Shown here one piece after another: positions 40,609 through 52,384 of a stretch of 64,000 nt of DNA. This DNA comes from Marsupella aquatica (lineage: Eukaryota; Plantae; Marchantiophyta). Where the stretch lies: the NCBI GenBank assembly GCA_973895155.1, contig OZ316898.1:7985079-8049078 (forward strand), read 5' to 3'. Made by a program: the position numbers and the translations under genes. The notes under the pieces were generated by a model, which saw nothing but the letters and a program-made list of their open reading frames with translations, had not been told where the DNA came from and ran no database searches. The stretch's first letter is position 1. Each line of letters begins with the position of its first letter.

Positions 40609-40954
40609 GGTGAAGGTTTCTTTGGAAATGTAAGGTGAGACATCATTTGGTCTCAAATATAATAGAATATATGAACATCATGAATTTATTTGTGTAATTC
40701 AGATTTGGTGAGTTAAACACCTTTGTAAATCATTATGAAATAAGGACATTTGAGTGACTCTTAAAATTTTTTAAGCCCAAACAACCTTCAACCTTAGAAA
40801 GAGACAGCTTTGCCTATGACATTAGAGAAATTTTTTTCTAGTTGTTATCCTAAAGAAATTAGAGTATATGGAGAATAATTTGATTTTGTGTGAAAATAGA
40901 AAAATAAAGACTGTGTTTTTCCTTATTTGATTTCTCTTCACAATTGGTATCAGA
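40609..40954 (+). mobile_element. Putative 5' LTR plus tRNA-Met primer binding site
   Basis: ...CTCTTCACA followed by TGGTATCAGA (40945-40954). The left boundary is approximate. Confidence 0.5.
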
Positions 40955-41043
40955 ATTCAAGTTTTCTCAACTCATTAAGAACTCCATAGAACTTGCTTCA
41001 AGTGAAGCGAATAGCGAATGTTTTTTTTTTCAAAGTGTAGCTA

Positions 41044-43385
41044 TTGAAAGAAGCCATGGTAGAGCTACAAACTGGGAAGGAGTTGAAGTGTGTTCGGTCC
41101 GATAATGGTGGCGAGTATAAGTCCAATGAGTTTGATCAATTTGGTCGGGACCTTGGCCTCAAGCGTCATTACACTGTACCGGAGACCTCGCAGCAGAATG
41201 GAGTTGCAGAACGGTTGAATCGGACATTATTGGAGAAAGCACGCAGCATGCTATGTAAGTCCAAGTTGCCCAACAACTTTTGGGCTGAAGCTGTCAACCA
41301 AGCTGCATACGTCTACAATCTATCACCGCATAGTAGTAAGTTGATGCAGACTCCATTTGAGTTATGGTATAAGAGACCTGCTGATTACTCTAGACTCCGA
41401 GTTTTTGGTTGTGCTGCCTATGTTCACATTGAGCAGACACACAGGTCTAAGTTGGATCCCAAGTCTAAGAAATGTATTTTTCTAGGCTTTAGTCCTGGAC
41501 AGAAGGGCTATAAATTGTGGGATCCTGTCGATTGCAAGGCAGTTGTGAGCAGAAATATTGTTTTTGACAAAGAATGGTTGTCAAGACCCCGAGATATTCA
41601 AGAGGAACAGGTGGAGGAACCCACTACGGTGGAGCTTGGTGGTGATGAGGAAGCTGCTGGTCCCTCTGGTAGAGGAGCAATTCTTCAACCAAGGCGCTCC
41701 ACCAGGGCCAATTTTGGCCAACCCCTGATAGATTTGGTTTTGCAGATCCTCGTGTTCATGTTGTTGAACATGACGATGATCCCGGTGTTGTTTTGCTTAC
41801 TGAAGATGGAGACCCCTCTAGCTATGAAGAAGCTATGGCCTCTCCAGAGAAGGATAAGTGGTTGGAGGCGATGTTGAAGGAGATGAATTCTTTGAAGAAG
41901 AATTCAACTTGGCGCTTAACTGACATGCCTCGCGGGAAAACACTGGTTCCGTGTAGATGGTTGTACAAGAAGAAGCAGGATGGCACTTACAAGGCTCACC
42001 TTGTGGCCAAAGGGTACACCCAGAAGGAGGGCTTGGACTACACAGAGATTTTCTCACCAGTTGTCAAACTTGCTACTATCCGTGTTTTACTTGCGATTGT
42101 GGCATTCTATGATCTTGAGTTAGATCAGATGGATGTAATTACTGCTTTCCTGCATGGATTGCTTGATGTGGAGATTTATATGACTCAGCCTCCAGGGTTT
42201 ATTGATGAGAAGACCAGACACTTGGTGTGTAAGCTCTTGCGCTCGTTATACGGATTGAAGCAGAGTCCCAGACAGTGGAATAAGCATTTTGATTCCTTCA
42301 TGTTATCTCAGGGGTTCACACAAAGTGAACATGATTGTTGTATTTACATGAAGGAGGTGGAGAATTACTCATGCTTTGGTTACATTGTGCTGGCATTGTA
42401 CGTGGATGACATGCTGATCCTGGCTGAGAATAAGTCTGATGTTGCCCATCTGAAAGCAATGCTGAGTAAGGAGTTTTCAATGAAGGACTTGGGTCAGGCC
42501 AAGAAGATACTAGGGATGGAGATTCATCGTGATAGGGAGCAAAGGCAATTATGGTTGTCTCAGAGGCAGTATTTGAAGAAGGTACTTGCCAAGTATGGAA
42601 TGGAGAATGCAAAACCAGTTGGTACTCCATTGGCCTCCCACTTTAAACTCTCAAAGGATGATTGCCCTTCTAGTGAGAGTGATAGACTGGCGATGAAACA
42701 TGTTCCCTATGATAGTGTTGTGGGTAGTTTGATGTATGCAATGACATGCACTAGACCTGACATTGCCCATGCTGTTAGCATTTTGAGCAGATTTATGGCA
42801 AATCCTAGTAAACTTCACTGGGAAGCAGTGAAGTGGGTTTTGCGGTATCTGAAAGGTACCTTAGATTGTGGGATCTTATTTGACGGTAAAGCAGACTCTA
42901 CATTAGAGTTGGAAGGTTTTGTAGATTCAGATTATGCTGGTAACTTGGATAACAGAAAGTCTACTACAGGCTATGTGTTTATGTTGGGTGGAGGTTGTAT
43001 CAGCTGGAAGTCGGCAACTCAATCTTGTGTTGCGTTGTCTACTACTGAGGCTGAGTACATGGCTGCATGTGAGGCAACCAAGGAGCTGATCTGGCTACGG
43101 AGATTGGTGAGTGATCTAGGTCTTTCACCTAAAAGACCGGTGCTACTGTGCGACAGTCAAAGTGCTTTGCATCTGGCTAAAAACCCTGTGTTCCATGCCA
43201 GGACAAAGCACATTGATATTCGTTATCACTTCATCCGTGAGGTGATTGAGACGAAGCAGATGTTTCTGGAGAAGGTGGCTTCAGAGGAGAATGTGGCCGA
43301 CATGCTTACCAAAGTTTTACCTACCAGTAGCTTTAGTCATTGTGTGGATATTATTAATGTTAGGGCCAAACCGGAGACTATGTAG
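41044..43385 (+). mobile_element. Ty1/copia pol fragment (integrase, RT, RNase H) with one frameshift near 41730-41800
   Basis: QQNGVAERLNRTLLEKAR, LYVDDMLI, SLYGLKQSPRQW, GFVDSDYAG, RTKHIDIRYHFIRE. Confidence 0.96.
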
Positions 43386-43452
43386 ATATGTTACTTAGTT
43401 ACGTATTGTATTTCACCTGACTCATTGTGTGAACTGGAGTCAAGGTGGAGAT

Positions 43453-43754
43453 TGTTAGGAATTGACTCGAGTTCCCGACTTAGTTTACTTAGTTTGGCCT
43501 TACTAAGGTTAGTTAACCCTGGATTACATTAGGATAAGATTCGCTTTGTTTAGGCCCACTCATCTTGGCCCCCTTGGGGGGTATAGGCTGGAGGGAGAGA
43601 ACTCTCTCCCTCATTCTTCACATGTACTCTCATTTGCTATGGAGCCTTTAGGAGTTTCTCCACTCGGGGTGTCTTGTTGGTGTAGCGTCTGATTGAGTGA
43701 GTCTCTCTCATGTTTCCGCATTGCTGTCTAGTCCGGAGCCGACGGTTTCTTACA
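43453..43754 (+). mobile_element. 3' LTR of the copia element
   Basis: Polypurine tract AAGGTGGAG followed by TGTTAGG...TCTTACA. It ends exactly where the CACTA transposase ORF is cut. Confidence 0.8.
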
Positions 43755-44918
43755 TATAATTCATGAGAACCATAGGCCAGACCGATGTAGGTCTCCCCTT
43801 CCCTCCAAGTGACTGAGAGCTAACTCCATCTGATGCCAACCCCAGTCGCACATGCCGAGGGTCACGCTCAAAATCTGGCCATGTTGATTCCACATGTTTA
43901 TGAGCAGGAGAGTCAACTGGTAATCGCATGACACCAGGCTCCGAACGATGTTTCTTGTGCCATACCATCAACTCGGCCAAGTCAGAACATCTACACAAGT
44001 GCAACAAGCGAGGAATTATGGGGAACCAACGAATTGCTTTCCTTGGTACCTTCTGGGTTAGCATGTTTGGCTCATACCGTGGCTCATGACACATTGTGCA
44101 TTCTGTGATATGGATTGTATCCCCGTGAAATAACATGCAATCATTCACACAAGCATGAATAATATGGTAATCCATGCCAATGGATGAGAGAACCTTCTTT
44201 GCATTCTTCCAAGTCCCTGGCAACACATTCTCCGAGGGTAACATCAAGTCATGACAAAATTCAAATATGTCTGATAACATAGAATTGTTTGTCTTGTGTT
44301 TGGCTTGAATGTTCAAGAGCCCCAATATGGTAGAAAGACGGCTCAATCGAGCACCCTCAAAAATAGTTGTTCGAGCATGTTCCTCTGCCTCTTTCCATTG
44401 TTGTTGTCCCTCTGGAGTATGTTGTGGCCGTGGGTCGTTTGAAGGGCCAGCCTCATGACCAATGTGAGGCACATCATCCTCAACATTGGCACCAAACCAA
44501 TCAATCATGAAGTCATCCATGGCTCTATCTTGATCAAGCATGACCTGGTCATCAGTCCAAGGTGCGGCTTCCTCATCAGCACCACCTACATCATTACTTG
44601 ATGAGGAATCACCCTCTGATGGTTCTCCCTCTTCTGGCATACCCATCTCCCGATATGTTGCTCTCAACCTTCGTGGTAACATTTGTTGAGATGGTTGCAC
44701 ATTCTATGCACATTGCAACCAAAAAACCTCTTCATGTGTATTTGATCAAGTACAACAAATTAAAATAGACTTAACACCATTCATTCAAGACATTAAGAAT
44801 TAAAGTAAATGCATGGGCTAAAACCTTATTACTCCAAAATGAGCCCAAAGGCCATATATATATAAAATAGTAAATGGGAAGTCCAAAACAGGTGCAAGAG
44901 GATAAAGGACATGATTTC

Positions 44919-45832
44919 CTAATCCCACTCATAATGTGTGAATAACTCATCTCCTGCTCTAATGGTCCTAGTAGCAAGAACTAAGCAATAGTCCTTATGA
45001 TATGTCGTGCCATATGGTGCCGGCATTGGACCATCAGTAAAAACCCACTCACAATTGGCCCTACGCTTGGGCCGAGTCCCCACAGTACTATTTATGAAAC
45101 CATCAATATTCCCATTACGTATGGGATCACCGTCTATCACCTGCTGCTCACTATACCTTCTAGTGCTATACTAGTAGAAACCGGGGCAATTTAGACCATA
45201 CCTTATAGGACTAAGCCCACTAAGTCCTTTTTCCATACTTGAAACGACTCGCACCCATTGCACTCGCTACCATCAGAAGTATCCATCTCTAGAGCATATG
45301 TTTTCCACTCAAGATGTTATGCAAGGGTCATGTTCCAATGTCTTCTCTTGTAGATGGGTCCACCGTATGGGAACAAAGTAGGACCCTCCCTACCACGAAC
45401 ACTTGACCCACCCTCCTCATCCATGATGATATCCTCACAAGCAAATACTCCATATCCATGTCTCTCTCCAAGTATGGAAGTTTTCACAATCCAACGTCTA
45501 TCCCAAACCACAATCCCCTTATCAAAATCTATAAAATAAGGCAGGCCAAGAGTGATAGGTTCTCAATCCTTGATGATAGAGGCACACTTGCCAGTAAATG
45601 AACAAACACCCCACCTACCCTGAACTAGTGTTCTGGATGGGTCATTGGGTGCTTGTGGCCTCCTGTTGGACTGGGGCCTAGATCGGGGTCTTCGTGTTTC
45701 AGTGGGCACATGAGGGTGTTCCCCTTCTGTCCCATGACTGGTACTGATTCCCAAACCCAAGGCTTGTGAAAGTGCATTGCCTATAGCATCTAAAACTCCT
45801 TGTGATGGGACATAGGGTGGTGGTGTCACCAA
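44919..45832 (-). pseudogene. SET-domain (lysine methyltransferase-like) ORF with two in-frame stops and a 98-bp insertion
   Basis: Reconstructed ..IVKTSILGERHGYGVFACEDI..YALEMD..VIDGDPIRNGNIDGFINST..ANCEW..VLATRTIRAGDELFTHYEWD, with SET motifs in canonical order. Confidence 0.8.
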
Positions 45833-46115
45833 CACTAGTAGAAATACCCCCTATTTTTGACCAAACCACTATTGACTAATGTGACAATGGTTATGGAAGT
45901 TTAGGAAGTTATCACTACATATGTCTTAAGTATCAATTCTACAAACTATCCACTCATTTGTTGCGACTCCTTCATAAGGAAAATGGCAGGTCCACTATCC
46001 AAGCCAAATGTCTTAGTGCTAAGTACTTATGTGAGTGAGTGCTAATCACCAATTGCCAAACATTCAAGCTTTTAATGTGAGAAAGTCTCAAATAGTAGAG
46101 GTACCCCATTAGGTG

Positions 46116-46270
46116 AGCCCCTTACATGTCACTGGCTCCTTTACATGAGCCCCTTGCATGTCACTGGCTCCCTTACATGTCATTGGCTCCTTTACATCAG
46201 CCCCTTACATGTCATTGGTTCCTTTACATGAGCCCCTTGCATGTAACTGGCTCCCTTACATGTCACTGGC
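46116..46270. repeat. Short tandem repeat (CCCTTACATGTCACTGGCTC-type units)
   Basis: Directly visible repeated ~20-32-bp units. Confidence 0.85.
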
Positions 46271-47038
46271 TGAGTACATTAGTACTCTCCACCCTTGTGC
46301 GCGGGAGTAAAAGTTTAAGGTCTTCGTCCGCAGAGAGGGTTTAGCGAGGGGAGGGGAGGGGAGGAGGAGCGAATGAGGTGACTATCAATAGTTGATAGTC
46401 GATTGATCAAGGAGGGAGGAGGAGCGAATGAGGAGTGTGTCGGGATTTCTTCTTGCTACCAGTCTTACTGGAGCTTTTAGGAAGGCGGAAGTGTTTACGA
46501 CCACACTTGAAGCACAACGGCAACAATTTTGCAATCTACGCATGATACGGGATCCCTATTCCATGCAAACACCCACAAACAACCATATGTGTAAACCATA
46601 TGTGTAAACTATATGTGTAAACATTGATTCACCTCTAAAAATAACAATAAAAAACGACAATCAATTGAAACAAACTTACCATATGGGATGAAGAAGCCCT
46701 GGGAGTAAGACCTCTATGACGTCCATATCTCTCGATATGTTGAGCACACACATAGGATTTTTGAGAAATTTGGACCACACATCTGGTGCAGTCACAAAGT
46801 CTTTGGGGTGGACCACGAGGACCGGTAACCTCGGGCTGAGGAGGAGGGGATATATCGTCATCGGAGGAGTACTCACTACTGGATAGTTCAGAGGAAGAGG
46901 ACATATCCACTGCCACATTACATTGCATGTAGGGCATGATTAGGAAAAATTAGGCCATATATAAAGCAATTTTCAAAAAAATGGACTCAAAAAACAATTA
47001 GGTTGGTTTATACATGGGGTTTTATTACCCTTTTATAT

Positions 47039-48060
47039 TTGTTAGCATGAAACCCAAATTAAGGTGAGTGTCATGCAAGAAAAAACCACATTATAACCTT
47101 TGGGAAAATTGTAATAGGTACCCTATGTTCTAAGTGAGGTTAGATTATTACCTGAATGAGACCTGGGCTCAACAGTGCCTATAGGCCACGTGGCTTTTGG
47201 AACATTTGCCAAATCTAGAAGTAGGAGGAAAATACTGGAAACAAAATGTAAGTTTGGATGGTAATTAGCAGTCGTCAAGTTGTGGAACCTTAGACATTTA
47301 TCCATACATATCATGGCACAACAAAGAAGGGCAAGCATAAAAATCTGTACTAACAACATTGACTGTATACATGATGTTATACCTTTTAGATGCCTGGGTT
47401 CCCAAAATGCATATGCATTAGAGGTAGTAGTGCTGGCCCTGCGTTGTATCATGATTCCATGGGTTTTCCCCTCAATTGTTAGCATAAAACCCTAAACCCT
47501 AAACCCTTATCCCCCCTTGAGTGAAAGGTGAGTGTCATGCAATAAAAACCCACCCTAGACCCCTGGGAAAACTCTAAAGGCCTAAGCCCATAATGAAGTT
47601 GGACAATTACCTGAATGAGATCCGGACTCAATAGTGCCTGTAGGTCGTGTGGCTCAATGAACATGAGCTGAATCTAGAAGCAAGAGGAAAATATTGGAAA
47701 CAAAAAGTAAGTTTGGATAGCCATTAGCTTCTCTCAAGTTGTAGACCCCCAAACATGTACATATAGATATTCTTGCACAACAAAGAAGGGCAAGGTTTAT
47801 GAACAATCTCTTTATCAAACCCTGCTAACACACATGTTTAAATATACCTTTTAGATGTTCGGGTTCCCACAATGCATATGCATTAGACAAAAGTTGAGGA
47901 AGTAGTGATGGTCCTGCTCTGGATCATGATTACATGGGCTTTCCCTCAATTGTTAGCATAAAAACCAAAACCTCATCCTGCTTCAAGTGAAAGGTGAGTG
48001 TCATGCAATAAAAACCCACCTAGACCCTTGGGAACTCTAAAAGCGTAAGCCAATGAAATT
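47039..48060. repeat. Diverged ~460-bp tandem duplication inside the CACTA element
   Basis: TTGTTAGCAT.AAA at ~47039, 47476 and 47950; ATTACCTGAATGAGA at ~47147 and 47607. Confidence 0.8.
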
Positions 48061-48835
48061 AGCAAAAACCTAAATGGTCAATTCCCTTCAACCATCCTAT
48101 GCTTCTCTCTACCATAATTATATGCCACCCCTCTTGGTTACCCTCCTAAGATACCATAAAAGTAACCCAAAATACTATAAAACTGAAACCTCTCTTTCCA
48201 ACCCTCCTAAGTTGGCCTAAAACCCAAAACCCAAAACATAAAACCCGTCCTAGCTCTTACCCTCCAATACATATAACCCCAACCTTCATAAATAAAACCC
48301 CTTGCAAACCCAAAACATAAAACCCCTCGTATCTAAGCCAATCTAAGCCCAACCTTCACAAAAGAAACCCTCCCCTAACCAGGCCAAACCCCCTCCTCTT
48401 ACCCTCCAATATAACTCCTTCAATCCTTATCTGATCACATCCCACTAAAATGCAACATAATCCTCTACTTCTACCCCATTTAATGTTCATAAGCCCCCTT
48501 AGTATCCCTAACAACACATCAAATACGCATGCAAGACGGGGGTTATGGCAAAACCAAATAGCAAAGGCGTTTGCGAATCCTATAGCTTCGCAAAGATAGC
48601 ATTTGCAAAGCTTTTTGCGAAGGCAGATGCATCACAAACTGCGATGCAAAACAAATCGCAAAGCCTAATATTTTGAATCCTTATGGATTGCTGAGCGTGG
48701 ACAAGGCGGATTCAGTTAATTCAGGCCCGAGGAGAGCGACAAGGGCAAGGGCGGAGCGATGGCGAGCGGAGAGGGGACTGGTGGTGATGGAGGAGCTTTT
48801 GGCAGCAATGGAGGCAACCGAGAGGGGGGGATCAA

Positions 48836-50830
48836 TTGAAGGCGATTGTGGATGAGCATTTTTTGGTTGCACAATTGAGTCAAATTGATTTCAGCAGTCC
48901 AGCAGGGCTGGCATCATTGAGTGCCCTTCTGGGCCAAGCCTTGCAAGCAGGTCTCATTGCAGGGCAAGCAGCAGTAGAGGAGGATGCAAGGAAGGCAGTA
49001 GAGCAGGCGGCTGCTGAGAGGAAGCGAAAGAGGGATGAGAGAGCTCAGGCTGGAGTGCTCTTGCCTCAAGCATTGGAAAAGAAGAGGAGGAAAGATGAGA
49101 GAGACTTGATCAGGAAATAGAGGGAGGAGCAAAGAAAGAAGGAGGTAGCAAGGAGGAAGCTGCCTTTGATTACTTTAGAGGATGAGGGGATTCCCACCGA
49201 GCTTGCTTACAATGGGGCCAAGAGCACAATCAGGCACATTGTATCCACAAATTTTGCAAGAGGAGTCGACTGGGGCACTCGCTCAAAGGCAGAGCAGAAG
49301 CGAGTCATCAATCAGGTGAAAGATGCATTTCAAAATGGAGGAGAGATGGATTCACAGTGGCTTGCTGACAAAATTTCAAACTCCATGTCACAAGCTAGAT
49401 ACCATGATAGAATGAAGATCAGGTCTCACCTTAGAGATTTGGAGGAGTATAGGAATTTGCAGAGGCCGCTGCAACTCTCAGAAGATATCTGGCATGCCTT
49501 CTACTAGACAGAGGTGAAGTTGAAAGCAGCCAGGCTCCTCAATGATTTCACAGAGAAGCTGGCAAAGGCTTGAAGGGCAAAGGAGGCCAGGAAGTCTGAC
49601 CGGGACCTGAAGGTGATGGAGCAGAAGGTAGCCCAGCTCCAGCAGGTTGTAGCAGAAGTAGGCAATCCACCCAACAAGTTCCTAAAGGCAGCTGAGCGAG
49701 TCCGAGACAAGCCCAACGTCACCCACAGGTTGGGTCAAGGTGGCCTCCCCGGCCTCAAAGCAGCATTCGTGAGTGCACCTCCCTCTCCTCCCTTGAATTC
49801 TTGCTACTCCAATTCCTATTCCAACACACTTGCAATGAGCCAACTCTTTCTTGCATTTCCACCAAGTAGTTACAATTAGACTTGTTGTGTCAGATTAGGT
49901 CACGTACAGTTGCTTCCCTCTCAGGTTTTTTCCATGACAAAGTTTGCGATGCATTTGCGATGTGGGTAGCTTCGCAAATCCTTCGCAAATCTTATTATGC
50001 CCTTTTTTTGCTTACATTTGCAAAGGCATTGCGAAGACGTTCACATCACAACCAGCTTTCCAAATGTAATTGTCCTTATGATTGCAAAGCTGACGCCTTC
50101 GCAAAATTTCAAAAATTTCCGGTTGTTTAAGTGTTCTTTGAGGGTCTTCCCCATATATGCCACCCTCCATAAACCCAAAACCTTGATGCCCCACCCCACC
50201 AGCCCCAACAAACCCCCTAATTTTTAGAAGCCATGTGAATCGGGTTATGGGTTGGTGTTAACCCAATTGTGCTGGTTTTGTTTTGGCTTAGTACAAGAGG
50301 TACAAGAGGAAGATTACGGCGACTGAGATGGAGGTGGGCCAGAAACATGGGAAGGAGCATCTCTCTCAGCAAGTTGATGAATTATTGGTGGGCATTTTTA
50401 GGTTATTACATTCATTGCAATTTTGAATGAATATCTCTTTTGTTCACACTTGTAAAGAATATGAGACTAACAGACACCCTGGTTTGCTAATGGAAGCAGG
50501 GAGGGGAGGATGGTGACTCCCATACCGAGGGTGGCACCGATAGTAGTGATGAGGATGTGGAGGGTACAGGGGAGGGGAGCACAACTCCTGCTACTCAAGC
50601 CAGACCAACTAGCACTGGAGACCAGTCATTTGCATCAGCACGTTCTAGTGGTGCTGGGGGTGATAGTGCGGCAAGCCAGGGCGGTGGAGGTGGGGATGAG
50701 GATGAAGAGGAGGGTGACCAAGAGGAGGAGGAAGTCCAGGTTGCACCCCCCCAAGAGCACGCAACGGCAAGGAGAAGGCCAAGGGGAAGAAGGCGAGGAG
50801 GGGCAGGAACACTCCTTTCTAGCTCTATGT
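48836..50830 (+). pseudogene. Degenerate multi-exon accessory ORF of the CACTA element (charged, coiled-coil-like; possibly TnpA-like)
   Basis: Collinear in-frame fragments broken by stops, including HRLGQGG and an acidic tail. Apparent splice sites near 49768 and 50499. Flanked by TTTGCGAA-type repeats. Confidence 0.55.
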
Positions 50831-51079
50831 AGAGAGGTTGTAGCTAGAGCACTTATATGTACCCTATAGTACATCGAGTTCACATGTATAGCGATTAGCA
50901 TGCATGGCCGTGGCACTTTACCTAAGGGTTTTACCCTTCCATTTTGTAACTTTTGTACTTTTTCAGTAATGCCATTTTAATTGCGACAGACTGGGTCAAC
51001 ATCACTTTCCTCCCTCATTCAAAACCCATGAATGGTCTCCCTCACCCTCACCCTAACCCAAATACACAAAAACCCATAA

Positions 51080-51627
51080 AAAATACATTTTGCGAAGCTT
51101 TTGAGAACCAACCCCCATCTCAAAGAGCCACGGCGAACGTATCGCAACAATTTCGAGAACAAAAGCATCACAACGCTTGCGATATTGTCTTACTCACAAC
51201 CCTAGCGAAGACTACCTCTCCACACGTTTGGGAGTTAAATGCCTTTGCAACAAAGTGGTCATCCAATTTTTGCAATATCTTGTGAGGTAGTTTGCATCGC
51301 AAGTTATAGAAAAATTTAACATCGGAAATTGCGATATGGGTGTTATCGCAACATGAGCGATCTATTTGTTCTCGCAAAATAATGACATTCATCGTTTCTC
51401 AATATTTGCTAGGACAATGTCGTCGCAACGTTGCGGAGATTTTGCGAGGTATTTAGAATTGCAAGTTGCGAAGTAGTTGCGAATGGCCGTTTGCGAAGGA
51501 TTTAAGATGGGAAGTAGCGAAGACATTGCGATGTGAGTAAGTTCGCAAAGTGGGTATTTTGGATTTTGTTTACTTTGTATGATGCGAAGGGTGGCGGTTC
51601 GCAAAAGAGGTGCATAGTGTTGTAGTG
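51080..51627. mobile_element. CACTA right terminus with subterminal repeats
   Basis: Ends TGTTGTAGTG (reverse complement CACTACAACA), preceded by dense TTGCGA/TCGCAA motifs in both orientations. Confidence 0.75.
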
Positions 51628-52384
51628 GTAGGGGAAGTAAGAAAGAGACAAGTAGTAGTCTTGCAGTTCTTGCCCCGGTTCTCAAAAACCAATCTACCAT
51701 AGGATTTTCTCATAGAGGAAAGTCCCGAGGAAAGCCTCCTCCAACTAGAATCCAAACTGTGATACCTGCTACTCCAAGTACTCCTACAAGTGTGAAGAGA
51801 AGATCTACCGGACTATGTAATGAATAGGTCTTTAGAAGGTTTGCATTGGGAGATTGGTTCTACTTGATCCTAGTCTTGCAAAATGTTGAGTTGTTTCTGT
51901 TTCTCATTCTAGTCTTCTTAGAAATAAGTAACATTCAACCCCACATTCAACCTTATCTTTGTAGCCAGTGCGAATGTAACCAATTTTACAAAGATCTTAT
52001 TACTATAAGATAATTGCCAATGAATAATACAAGTTAGATATAGTCTTCTAGGTTACAATAATTATGCATGATCATTATATTCATGCGGTTGTGAATGGAC
52101 TATATTTAATGTGATGATTGCATTTAATTAATGTGAATGCAATCATTTGAATGATCCTAAAGTTGGTTTGACTTAGAATTTTATTATGACTCTTTTCATG
52201 AACAATTGTGTCAATTTGGAGGTTTTTTTTTTAATAATTTTTTACAAGCCAACTTTTTCACTCTTATAATTCCATATAAAAACATGACAAGCCAGTCTCT
52301 AAGGCCTTATAATTATGGAGACCCCTGCCTATTATACAAGAGTTGCATACCCGGGTCTACAAGTTGTCTTAGCCCCCGGGTACA

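Larger units (their letters stand above)
43755..46904 (-). pseudogene. CACTA/EnSpm Tnp2-type transposase; predicted exons 46904-46680 and 44703-43755, truncated by the copia LTR
   Basis: Exon 2 has IHACVNDCMLF, CTMCHEPRY, WFPIIPRL, PRHVRLGLASDG, SVWPMVLMNY. Exon 1 has CDCTRC..HIERYG (transposase-associated-like) and a GTAAG donor in phase 0, matching the TAG acceptor at 44704. Confidence 0.85.

Noticed and set aside
44704-44921. SETMAR-like SET-transposase fusion protein
   Set aside because: The SET frame ends in TAG at 44919 and I found no supported in-frame donor joining it to the transposase exon.
47487-47508. Interstitial telomere
   Set aside because: Only about three AAACCCT units, located inside a TE.
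45833-51627. Single CACTA element bounded by 45833 and 51627
   Set aside because: The termini differ beyond CACTA (CACTAGTAG vs CACTACAAC) and the flanks CAA and GTA are not a TSD.
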